In this document: positions 40,026 to 48,253 of the stretch, piece after piece
Numbering within the stretch: position 1 is the first letter of the stretch
Layout: every line of letters begins with the position of its first letter
Origin: Candidatus Acidiferrales bacterium
GTDB lineage: Bacteria; Vulcanimicrobiota; Vulcanimicrobiia; Eremiobacterales; Eremiobacteraceae
Assembly: GCA_035622315.1 (NCBI GenBank)
Contig: DASPVP010000084.1
Span: 1 to 62,226 of the forward strand
Reading direction: 5' to 3'
DNA: 62,226 bases
Program-made: the position numbers and the translations under genes
The notes under the pieces: generated by a model
The model's database searches: none
The model's input: the letters and a program-made list of their open reading frames with translations, nothing else
What the model was told of the DNA's origin: nothing

Positions 40026-40936
40026 CAGCCCCTCGAGGCGCTGCCAAGCTCGTCGTAGTAACCTGCGCGGGCCAAGCGCCGCGCGGCCCAGCGCCGCACG
40101 GACAGCGGCCACGAACCGGTCTGTCGCCCAGGTTGCGCGACGCCTTCGAGCAGGGCAGGCCAACCGCTGCGCCGAGCCACCTTGCTCCACCAGAGGAGCG
40201 GGGCGAGCTGACCTGTGGCGAGCGCTACGCGCCAGGTCGGGTGCTTGTCGAGGAACTGTCGCGCGGTGCGCGCCTGGGCGCGTGCCTGGCGCACCATCGA
40301 CGGGAACTGCTCGGGGCCTACCGGCGGCTTATAATGATAGACCACGGCCTCGCGCTCTAGGATGGATGGGACGCCCATGTTGCGCAACCGCAGCCCGAGC
40401 TCGAGATCTTCCCAGCCATACTCGCGAAAGCGTTCGTCGAAACTTCCCGCCTCTTCGACGAGTTCGCGCGGCGCGGAGACGTTGGTCGTCCAGAAATAGG
40501 CTCCTGAATAGTTGCGCAGCGAATACTCGGGTTTGGGCAGATCTTCGAGGGACGCTACGTTGATCGCGACGCCCCGGCAGATCGACCTCGGGTGCGTTTG
40601 GTGGAAACGCACGTGCGTGCGCAACAGCTGGGGCGTGGCAAGCACATCGTCATCCATGAAGAGGATCACTTTGCCGCGGGCCCGTGCAAGGCCGACGTTA
40701 CGGCCGCGTGCCAATCCGGCGTTTTTCTGGCGCACGAGTTGGAACGCGCATGGCGGCGTGAGGCGGGAAAGCACATCCTCGTACGAGCCGTCGGTCGAAC
40801 CGTCGTCCACCAAGACGATCTCGTAATCATCGGGGTCCATGTCTTGGCGGAAAAGCGCATCCAGGACTGTGCCGATGAGAGTACGGCGATTGAACGTGCA
40901 TAGCTGCACGCTGATGAGAGGTTCGCGGCCGCTCAT
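40025..40936 (-). CDS. family-2 glycosyltransferase (paralogue B)
   Basis: Trimmed to ATG 40936 (MSGREPLISVQLCTFNR). VLVDDGSTDGS, DDDVL, GSFDERFREYGWEDLELGLRL. Confidence 0.85.
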   Translation of the reverse strand: MSGREPLISVQLCTFNRRTLIGTVLDALFRQDMDPDDYEIVLVDDGSTDGSYEDVLSRLTPPCAFQLVRQKNAGLARGRNVGLARARGKVILFMDDDVLATPQLLRTHVRFHQTHPRSICRGVAINVASLEDLPKPEYSLRNYSGAYFWTTNVSAPRELVEEAGSFDERFREYGWEDLELGLRLRNMGVPSILEREAVVYHYKPPVGPEQFPSMVRQARAQARTARQFLDKHPTWRVALATGQLAPLLWWSKVARRSGWPALLEGVAQPGRQTGSWPLSVRRWAARRLARAGYYDELGSASRG

Positions 40937-41973
40937 GACGCCTCGGCGGCATCCATTTGGAGCACGCGGCGCGCCGCGTTTACGACCGATCGCGGGTCGA
41001 GCGCCGCGTAGCACGCGAACGTCTTGCACGTCTCCTTGCGACAGCGAGGTGGACACGCGAAGCTTGGTTCCACGAGCGCCACGTGGTCGCCGAGCGGCCG
41101 CCAACGGCTTGGCAGGTCGGTGCGAAGAGCGAAGATGCCCACGGTCGGTGCTCCCGCGATCGCAGCGATGTGCATGGGTCCTGAGTCGAGCGCGACCACG
41201 AGCATGGCGCGTTGCGCGAGCGCCGCAAAACTTCGCAACGAGGTGGCTCCGCTCGCATCGAAGGCGGGCTGGCGCATCGCTGCGACTGTCGCGGCCGCGA
41301 GAGCGGCCTCCTTCGGGCTGCCCGTGACGACGACCGGACAGCCGAAGGCCACCGCGAGCGCATCGCCGACTGCGGCGAAATGCTCGCTCGGCCAGCGCTG
41401 CGCCTGGGCGCTGATCCCCCGTGCCGCGTGGAAGATGATAAATGAACGGTCGCCTACAGCACGAGCGATGAGCGAATCCGCCTTGCGCTCGTCCTCGGCG
41501 GTAACGTGGAGAGCGATGCGGAAATCGTCGGGTGTCGCGACGGCGCCAAGCGCGCGGGCATAATCCATCTGGATATCGGTCCAGTGGCTTTGGGTGTCAC
41601 CGGTCTCGCTGCGGACATTGACCCGCAGCGTGTAGCGGAATGAATACAAGCGTCGGCTCTGACCAACCCGCACGCCGATCCCGGCCTGTTGTATCGCCTT
41701 TGCGATCCGAGGATCCGACCAGAAGACGACCGCGTGCGTGTAGGCGCGCGAACGCAAGCGCTCGACGAGCGCGCGCAGCGGTTCTTGGCCGTCGTCGGTG
41801 AGGACCTCGCCGATCGCGGGTTGGCCCAAAAGGATCTCCGCGGCGTAGGGCGTGGTGAGGACGTCGATCGGCATGTCGAAACGGCGCTGCAAAGCGTTGA
41901 TCGCGGGCAGCGCCGCAAGCAGATCCCCGACACCGCCGCGCGTGCAGGTGGCGAGCACTCTCGGCGAGGTCAT
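40933..41973 (-). CDS. family-9 glycosyltransferase (heptosyltransferase-like) 2
   Basis: Trimmed to ATG 41973 (MTSPRVL). GGVGDLLAALPAINAL and ALDSGPMHIAAIAGAPTVGIF. Confidence 0.8.
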   Translation of the reverse strand: MTSPRVLATCTRGGVGDLLAALPAINALQRRFDMPIDVLTTPYAAEILLGQPAIGEVLTDDGQEPLRALVERLRSRAYTHAVVFWSDPRIAKAIQQAGIGVRVGQSRRLYSFRYTLRVNVRSETGDTQSHWTDIQMDYARALGAVATPDDFRIALHVTAEDERKADSLIARAVGDRSFIIFHAARGISAQAQRWPSEHFAAVGDALAVAFGCPVVVTGSPKEAALAAATVAAMRQPAFDASGATSLRSFAALAQRAMLVVALDSGPMHIAAIAGAPTVGIFALRTDLPSRWRPLGDHVALVEPSFACPPRCRKETCKTFACYAALDPRSVVNAARRVLQMDAAEAS

Positions 41974-43037
41974 CCCAAACGTCGCTCGGGCGTGTCCATT
42001 GCGCGCAGCTCGCGGGCCTGCGCGGCCAAGAAGCGGCCGTAGGCCGCTGCATCCCAATCCATGTCTAAGTGGCGCTTCGCGTGGCAACGCCAGCTACCCG
42101 CCCAGGGACGCCACTGAGCCGACAGACGCTCGTAATCCTGGGGGTCGAAGATGTCGACGACGCATCGACCGAGCATGCCTGCGACGTGGGCCGCGCCCGT
42201 GTCGGGGGTGACCAGGACGTCGAGCGCGTCGATCGCTCCGAGCCAGCTGGGAAGTGGGAGCGAGGCGAGCAATCGGATCTGCGTCCTCAAGGATGGCGCG
42301 AGCTGCTCGAGGATCGCCGATGCGAGATCCTCGTCTGCGGACGCCGCGATGAGCGCTCCGCGATTGTCCCCAAGCTCGGCGAACATCTCGCTGAGAACCC
42401 CCGCGACCGCGCTCGGAGTGTAACCCGAGGAGAGCCATTTCGGGGTGATCTGGACGCCGACGCAACCGGCGACTGCTCGCGCATCCTCGGTCGACTCGAC
42501 GCGCAGCCATGGGCGCAGCGCCTCGGGGGCCGAAGGCGCCGGAGCGCGAGCGCCGAGCGCGACCGCGAGCCGATACAAGGTCTCGACCTCGTGCTCGGGT
42601 GCAGCGCCGCGAGCAGCAGGACGGTAGACGGGTCTCGTCACTTGCGTCCGCTGCCACAGAGATTTGAACGGCTTGTACAAGCGATGCCAGAAGCCCGCGC
42701 GCTCCTTCGCCCCGCTCGCTCGCGCGAGTTCGTAGCCGGCTACCTCTTCCGTCGCGACGAGCGCCTTTTGGTAGCCTACGGCGGCGAGTTCGCCGCCCAA
42801 TGAACCGACGGGCTGGCCGGATCGATAGATGTGGATGTGCTCGACGCGAGCTGAGAAGAGCGTCGCATTCGCGTTCGAGCAGACCGCACCGAACGTGGCC
42901 TCGGGGAAAGCGCGGCGCAGACCCTCTAGCGCCGGGATGCAGAGCGCCGCGTCGCCCACGCCATCGAGGCGCACGAGCAAGATCGCTTCGCGCTCAGGCA
43001 CGTGCTTGTCGCAAGCCTGCGCGTAGTGCATCGACAT
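41970..43037 (-). CDS. family-9 glycosyltransferase (heptosyltransferase-like) 3, divergent
   Basis: ILLVRLDGVGDAALCIPAL and TPDTGAAHVAGMLGRCVVDIF. Start ambiguous: ATG 43058, 43037 or 43031, or GTG 43001. Confidence 0.7.
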   Translation of the reverse strand: MSMHYAQACDKHVPEREAILLVRLDGVGDAALCIPALEGLRRAFPEATFGAVCSNANATLFSARVEHIHIYRSGQPVGSLGGELAAVGYQKALVATEEVAGYELARASGAKERAGFWHRLYKPFKSLWQRTQVTRPVYRPAARGAAPEHEVETLYRLAVALGARAPAPSAPEALRPWLRVESTEDARAVAGCVGVQITPKWLSSGYTPSAVAGVLSEMFAELGDNRGALIAASADEDLASAILEQLAPSLRTQIRLLASLPLPSWLGAIDALDVLVTPDTGAAHVAGMLGRCVVDIFDPQDYERLSAQWRPWAGSWRCHAKRHLDMDWDAAAYGRFLAAQARELRAMDTPERRLG

Positions 43038-43866
43038 AGATGCCGTCAACCAGGGCATCGGTCGCGAGCGCCGACGTCAAGGAGCTTTGCGGCCCCGCAC
43101 GAGCGAGCCGTTCACACAAGGCTCGGACGGGAGGGGCGCGCAGCACCGCGGCCCGGGCGAAGTTGAGCGTATAGGCCCCGGTGGCGAGACGCACCGCGAG
43201 CGATGGGTTTTTGCGGACGAAGCGCGCCGCCATGGTCCCCTTCTCCTGCGCTTGTGCGCGCCGGCGTTCGAATGCCATGGTCGCGGGCGGCTTGACGTGA
43301 TAGATGAAGGCCGACCAATCGAAGACGCGACGCAGGCCACGCTCGCGCAGCCGGATGCCGAGGTCGGTGTCCTCCCAGCCGTAAAGGTCGTATTGCTCGT
43401 CGAAACCTCCGACGGCCAACAGCTCCTGCTTGGCGACGCTCGCATTGCACGTGCAGAAAAAGGCGCGCGAATAGTTGCGACTCCTCGGCGCGGGCGAGCT
43501 GGCTGCATCCTGCACGTTGATGATGGGGCCGCTGACGAGCGCACGAGAGGTGCGGCGATGCGCTGCGAGGTGCGCGGACACGAAATCCCGCGGTGCGATC
43601 GTGTCGTCGTCGCAGAACAGGATCAGCTCGCCGCTGGCGGCGGCGATGCCGGCGTTGCGCGCCTTCGCGCGGTTTGGCTCGGCCACGAAGACCGGAACGA
43701 CGTGCGGTGCGGCGGCGATGACGGACTGAGTCGCATCGCGGGAACCATTGTCCACGACGACGATCTCGAACCTGGCCCGCGCGCTTTGGAGTTCAAGCGA
43801 CTCGAGGCAGGCGCGTAGCTCTTCCGAGCGGTCGTGCGTCGCGATGACGACGCTGGCTTCGGGCAT
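42994..43866 (-). CDS. family-2 glycosyltransferase (paralogue C)
   Basis: ASVVIATHDR, VVVDNGSRD, CDDDT, GGFDEQYDLYGWEDTDLGIRL. Confidence 0.85.
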   Translation of the reverse strand: MPEASVVIATHDRSEELRACLESLELQSARARFEIVVVDNGSRDATQSVIAAAPHVVPVFVAEPNRAKARNAGIAAASGELILFCDDDTIAPRDFVSAHLAAHRRTSRALVSGPIINVQDAASSPAPRSRNYSRAFFCTCNASVAKQELLAVGGFDEQYDLYGWEDTDLGIRLRERGLRRVFDWSAFIYHVKPPATMAFERRRAQAQEKGTMAARFVRKNPSLAVRLATGAYTLNFARAAVLRAPPVRALCERLARAGPQSSLTSALATDALVDGIYVDALRAGLRQARA

Positions 43867-43871
43867 GGAGG

Positions 43872-45113
43872 CTAGCGCGCGACCCCTTGCGCCGATCCGC
43901 GACCCGCGAAGGCGAAGACATCGTCCGCCATCCGTGAGGCCGCGCCGACGTGGGGCGCGTAGAGCGCCGCAAGGGTTTCGCCCTGCAGCCGCAGCTCGTG
44001 GGGATCCGCGAGCATGCTAGCGGCTTTCTGTGCGACGTCGTGCGGGTGCAAGAATCCTCGAAGCTCCGGCGCCACGAAACGCCCGGCATCGATATTCGGC
44101 TGCGCGAAGAACTTGATGCGCTCGGCGACGTTGCGCGCAGCCCAGCGCTTGATAGGCCGGCCGATGATCGGCACGCGGTGGATGTATCCGAGCACGCCGT
44201 TCATGGCGATCTCGTCGACGCGGTTGTACGGCACCACGACGAGCAGCGCGCGACCCAGCACGGCGGCTTCCATGCACTTCGTGCCGGGTATGCTGATGAC
44301 GAGCTGACTGCCCGCGACCGACTGATAATCGGACGAGCGGTCGATCGCGAAGGTGTTCCCCTCGACCACGATCGTTCGTGCCTGCGGATCGTATCGTCCC
44401 GATACGCCAGAGAAACGCGGATCGGCTGGCTGCTCGATAGCGGTGGCGAGCTCCGCGTCGGTGTTGAAGGGCGAGACGACGAAGGTGATCTTCGTGCCCG
44501 GTCGCAGGCGTACGAGTTCGCACGCGGCCGCCAAGAAAAACGAGGTGAGGTGACGGAGCTCATAGGGGCGGCTCCCCGGCATGATGCAGATTCCCTCGCC
44601 CGTGCCCGGCGGTGGCGGCAGGCGCTCGAGCGAGCTGACGACTGCGTCTGCGACGAGATTGCCAACAACTCGCACGCGATCTGGCGGCGCGCCCATCGCC
44701 CGCATCTCCGCCGCGTTGCCTTCGTCTGTCGCGTACAACCGCTCGAATGTCTTCGCGTACGAGCGCTTCGTGAACTTGTAGGTCATCGCTCGCAACCCTA
44801 AGCGCTTGGCGATCGTCTTCGCATGGAACAGATCGCCGCCCAGGTACTGCAAGAGCCCTCCAGACCGCTCCATGCCCGACACCGCTCGCCCGAGCAGAAA
44901 TCGCCCGTACGCATGCGGATCCAAGACCGTCGCGTTGGGGAAGAGCACGCGGAGCATTTCGGTCTCTCTGCCTGTGGCGTAGGCGCACGGCAGGACGGCG
45001 ACAGTCACCCGGGCCCGTGCTTCGCGCTCGTAGATCGCGCGCAGGAATGGGCGCGCCCAACCCATGACCTCACCCGGGCCGTTCGTCGTGACGAAGAGAT
45101 TCATGTCGCTCAC
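43872..45113 (-). CDS. LpxB-like (GT19-related) GT-B glycosyltransferase
   Basis: 413 aa; FVTTNGPGEVMGWARPF N-terminus and a VVGNLVADAV region resembling lipid-A-disaccharide-synthase-related proteins. Start is GTG 45113 (GTGA overlap) or ATG 45104. Confidence 0.55.
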   Translation of the reverse strand: MSDMNLFVTTNGPGEVMGWARPFLRAIYEREARARVTVAVLPCAYATGRETEMLRVLFPNATVLDPHAYGRFLLGRAVSGMERSGGLLQYLGGDLFHAKTIAKRLGLRAMTYKFTKRSYAKTFERLYATDEGNAAEMRAMGAPPDRVRVVGNLVADAVVSSLERLPPPPGTGEGICIMPGSRPYELRHLTSFFLAAACELVRLRPGTKITFVVSPFNTDAELATAIEQPADPRFSGVSGRYDPQARTIVVEGNTFAIDRSSDYQSVAGSQLVISIPGTKCMEAAVLGRALLVVVPYNRVDEIAMNGVLGYIHRVPIIGRPIKRWAARNVAERIKFFAQPNIDAGRFVAPELRGFLHPHDVAQKAASMLADPHELRLQGETLAALYAPHVGAASRMADDVFAFAGRGSAQGVAR

Positions 45114-45598
45114 TGTTCTCGCGCGCCGAGCCGGTCGAGCAGCGCGGTCGTCGAACGGCCTTCGACGCGCGGAGCGAAAACGATGGTACCGCCCACATCT
45201 GCCACCGCTTTCGCTTCAGGCAGCTCTGCGTTTTGGTACGCAGCGTCTTTGACGTGGATGTTCGGCCGCAGGATGCGGATGGTCTCGTCTGGACGGAGCT
45301 CGTCGAAGATGCATGCGTAGTCGACGGATGCAAGGGCTGCCACCAGTTCTGCTCGTTCTTCGGCGGGCACGAGCGGTCGTTCCGGACCCTTGCCGAGCCG
45401 GCGCACCGAATCGTCTGAATTCACCCCGACCACGAGCACGTCGCCGAGCGCGCGGGCGAATTCGAGATGGCGCACGTGCCCCACGTGCAAGAGGTCGAAG
45501 ACGCCGCAGGTGAAGATGATTTTTCCGCCGCGGCCGCGCACCCGCTCGAGCTCGCGGGCGAGGTCCTCGCGCCGCAGCACCTTGTCAGTGGCGCGCAC
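45110..45598 (-). CDS. hldC: D-glycero-beta-D-manno-heptose 1-phosphate adenylyltransferase (RfaE domain II type)
   Basis: Cytidylyltransferase HxGH motif in FTCGVFDLLHVGHVRHL. Start trimmed to GTG 45598 (14-nt overlap with the kinase). Confidence 0.83.
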   Translation of the reverse strand: MRATDKVLRREDLARELERVRGRGGKIIFTCGVFDLLHVGHVRHLEFARALGDVLVVGVNSDDSVRRLGKGPERPLVPAEERAELVAALASVDYACIFDELRPDETIRILRPNIHVKDAAYQNAELPEAKAVADVGGTIVFAPRVEGRSTTALLDRLGAREQ

Positions 45599-46640
45599 GG
45601 CTGGGTTTCTTTCTCGGCGTCTTTTTAGGTGCTGTCTTCGACCTGCGCGGTTGTTGGACGCCGCGATGTTCCGCAAATGCGAGGATCTCCTTCGGACTGG
45701 CCGTCGCCGTGCCGAGTTTCTCCACCACCACGCCGGCCGCGAGGTTGGCGAGCGTCACCGCCTGCGCCATCGTCGCCTTGGCCGCCAAGGCGAGCGTCAA
45801 CGTGGACATGACCGTATCGCCGGCGCCGCTGACGTCGTAGACCTGCCGCGCGAGCGCCGGGACCCAAAGGGGCTTTTCGGTCTTGGAGAACAACGACATG
45901 CCGTGCTCGCCGCGGGTGACGAGCACGTGCCGGGCGCGCGTGCGTTCCATGAGTATCTTCGCGGCGCGCGCGAGATCGGCGTCGCTCTTGATCGTGATGC
46001 CGGCCGCGCTTTGGGCCTCGCCCACGTTTGGGGCGATCCAGTCGACGCCGAGAAAAGCATCCAGATTCTGCGGCTTCGGGTCGGCCGCGATCACCGGAGG
46101 CCGGCTGAATCCTCGCACGGCCTGCACGAGCGTGCGGGCGACGAGACCTTTGCCGTAGTCCGAGACGATGACCCCGTCAAGTTTGCCGTCGAGCTGCGCG
46201 AGCGCGCGAGCCAGCCGCTGGCGCACACCGTCCGGCACGGGTTCGGTGGCTTCGCGATCCGCCCGGACGACCTGCTGGTTGTGCGCGACGATGCGCATCT
46301 TCTGCGTGGTGGGGCGCGCCGGCAGGCGGGCGACGTGCCCAGCGTCGACTCCCAAACGAGCGAAGAGCGCGAGCAGGCGATCTCCGGCTTCGTCGGTTCC
46401 GATCACACCGAAGACGCTCACCTTGGCGCCGAGGGCTGCGAGATTGTTCGCGACGTTGCCGGCACCCCCGAGGGTATAGGTGTGGTCGTCGACTTCCACG
46501 ACCGGCACGGGCGCCTCGGGTGAGATGCGACGTACCGTCCCCCAGTACCATTCGTCGAGCATCAAGTCGCCGATGACGGCGATGCGCCGGCCGCGCATGG
46601 CCTGCAGAAGTCTTGCGATCCACTCGTATGCTTGTGTCAT
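45585..46640 (-). CDS. hldA: D-glycero-beta-D-manno-heptose 7-phosphate kinase (RfaE domain I type, PfkB family)
   Basis: IAVIGDLMLDEWYWG, DVSGAGDTVMSTL; Lys/Arg-rich C-terminal tail. Confidence 0.83.
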   Translation of the reverse strand: MTQAYEWIARLLQAMRGRRIAVIGDLMLDEWYWGTVRRISPEAPVPVVEVDDHTYTLGGAGNVANNLAALGAKVSVFGVIGTDEAGDRLLALFARLGVDAGHVARLPARPTTQKMRIVAHNQQVVRADREATEPVPDGVRQRLARALAQLDGKLDGVIVSDYGKGLVARTLVQAVRGFSRPPVIAADPKPQNLDAFLGVDWIAPNVGEAQSAAGITIKSDADLARAAKILMERTRARHVLVTRGEHGMSLFSKTEKPLWVPALARQVYDVSGAGDTVMSTLTLALAAKATMAQAVTLANLAAGVVVEKLGTATASPKEILAFAEHRGVQQPRRSKTAPKKTPRKKPSRARH

Positions 46641-47194
46641 GGCGATGCGATGATGATACCCGCGGCTTCAAGCAGATTCTTCGCGACCGCGACCTCCCGC
46701 CCAGGTGCATCGGCACCTGTCTGGATGTTGCGGCGGACCTTGGGGTCCGCCTCGGGATCCAAGAGTATCGCGCGGCAGCCTGCTGCGAGTCCAGCTTGGA
46801 CGTCGCGTTCGCTGTCGCCGACCGACCACGAGCTTGCGAGATCGAGATCGAGCTCAGATGCCGCTTGCAGGATCATGCCGGGCTTCGGCTTGCGGCAATC
46901 GCACTCCACCGCGTACTCGCGCACCCGCCCTTCGGACAGGTGCGGACAACGGTAGAGACCGGCCACCAAAACGTCCTCGCGTCGCAGGAGCTCGAGCACG
47001 CGCGCGTCGACCGCATCTGCCTGGGCGCTCGTCATGATGCCGCGTGCGATGCCGGACTGGTTCGAGGTGATCACGAGCGCGAAACCCGCTTGTGCGAGGG
47101 TGCGCGCCCCGAGCGCCGCGCCGTCGATGAGGCGCACGTCTTCGGGCCGAGACACATAGCCGGTATCCACGTTGAGCGTACCATCGCGGTCCAT
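46637..47194 (-). CDS. gmhB: D,D-heptose 1,7-bisphosphate phosphatase (HAD)
   Basis: FMDRDGTLN (DxDGT), TSNQSGIARG, CDCRKPKPGM, VGDSERD. Start is ATG 47194, or TTG 47230 within the gmhA 3' end. Confidence 0.8.
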   Translation of the reverse strand: MDRDGTLNVDTGYVSRPEDVRLIDGAALGARTLAQAGFALVITSNQSGIARGIMTSAQADAVDARVLELLRREDVLVAGLYRCPHLSEGRVREYAVECDCRKPKPGMILQAASELDLDLASSWSVGDSERDVQAGLAAGCRAILLDPEADPKVRRNIQTGADAPGREVAVAKNLLEAAGIIIASP

Positions 47195-47207
47195 GAAGAC
47201 CGCTCGT

Positions 47208-47804
47208 CTAGGACGCGCCTGCGAGCGCAATCTCGACCAACTCGCAGATGATGTGCCCCAGTGCGAGGTGCACTTCTTGCACCTTCCACGACGGGCCGGC
47301 AGGCCCGACGAGAGCGACGTCAGCCTCTTTGGCTGCGGTGCCGCCACCGTTGCCCGAAAGCGCGAGCGTCGTCGCACCCCTCGCGCGAGCGGTCCGCAAA
47401 CCGAGGACGACGTTCGCGGATTCACCCGAGGTCGTAATGCCGCAGGCGACGTCGCCGGATTGGACGAGACCTTCGAGCTGCCGCGAGAAGACGTGCTCGA
47501 ATCCGTAGTCGTTCGCGATTGCGGTGAGCGCCGAGGTGTCGACCGAGAGCGCGAGCCCGGCCCACGCGGGGCGATCGAGCAGGAAACGTCCCGACAGCTC
47601 CGCGGCGAGATGCTGCGCCTGCGCGGCGCTTCCGCCATTGCCGAAGAAAAAGATCCGGCCACCTTGCCGCAGTGACGTGCAGATGATCTCGACCGCTCGC
47701 TCGACGCTCGAACCGAGGCCGGAAAGCCCCCACATGCCTTCGCGCTCGGCCATGCAGTCGGCGAAGGTCTTGCGGCGCGCGGCGCCCGTCACGTTTCGAT
47801 CCAA
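47208..47804 (-). CDS. gmhA: phosphoheptose isomerase (SIS domain)
   Basis: GGRIFFFGNGGSAAQAQHLAAEL, ITTSGESANV. Confidence 0.85.
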   Translation of the reverse strand: MDRNVTGAARRKTFADCMAEREGMWGLSGLGSSVERAVEIICTSLRQGGRIFFFGNGGSAAQAQHLAAELSGRFLLDRPAWAGLALSVDTSALTAIANDYGFEHVFSRQLEGLVQSGDVACGITTSGESANVVLGLRTARARGATTLALSGNGGGTAAKEADVALVGPAGPSWKVQEVHLALGHIICELVEIALAGAS

Positions 47805-48253
47805 AAGAGCTCCTGGTGGAGGCTGACGAGCTGCCCGTCATCCGCGCAGATGCGCGCAATCTTCCCGTTATGCTCGCTGACGATTTCGTTCATGAGCTTC
47901 ATCGCCTCGAGGATGCACAAGACGTTGCCGGCGACGACATCGTCGCCCACCTCCACGAACGGCTTCGCCCCTGGGGCCGGCGAGCGATAGAACACGCCGA
48001 CCAGCGGCGCGAGCACGCGCGTGACGCCAGGCGGCACTTCTTGCACCGCGTCGGCAGCGGGGCGCGCATGTGCGTGCCCTCCGGAGCGCTTGGCCTCGAC
48101 GACGCGTTCGCCCGCAGCGGCGCCCGTCATCCGCAGATCCAGCGCGACGTCGCCCACCTCGACGCGCAAGCGGTCGAGGCCATCGCGCTGCATGAGTGCG
48201 ATGAGTTCGTCAAGCGTCTTTTGATCGATATCCACGTGCTCTTCCCGAGTCAT
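47789..48253 (-). CDS. accB: biotin carboxyl carrier protein (biotinyl domain)
   Basis: 154 aa; APLVGVFYRSP and the biotinylation motif CILEAMKLMNEI. No accC or other carboxylase subunit in the window. Confidence 0.85.
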   Translation of the reverse strand: MTREEHVDIDQKTLDELIALMQRDGLDRLRVEVGDVALDLRMTGAAAGERVVEAKRSGGHAHARPAADAVQEVPPGVTRVLAPLVGVFYRSPAPGAKPFVEVGDDVVAGNVLCILEAMKLMNEIVSEHNGKIARICADDGQLVSLHQELFWIET

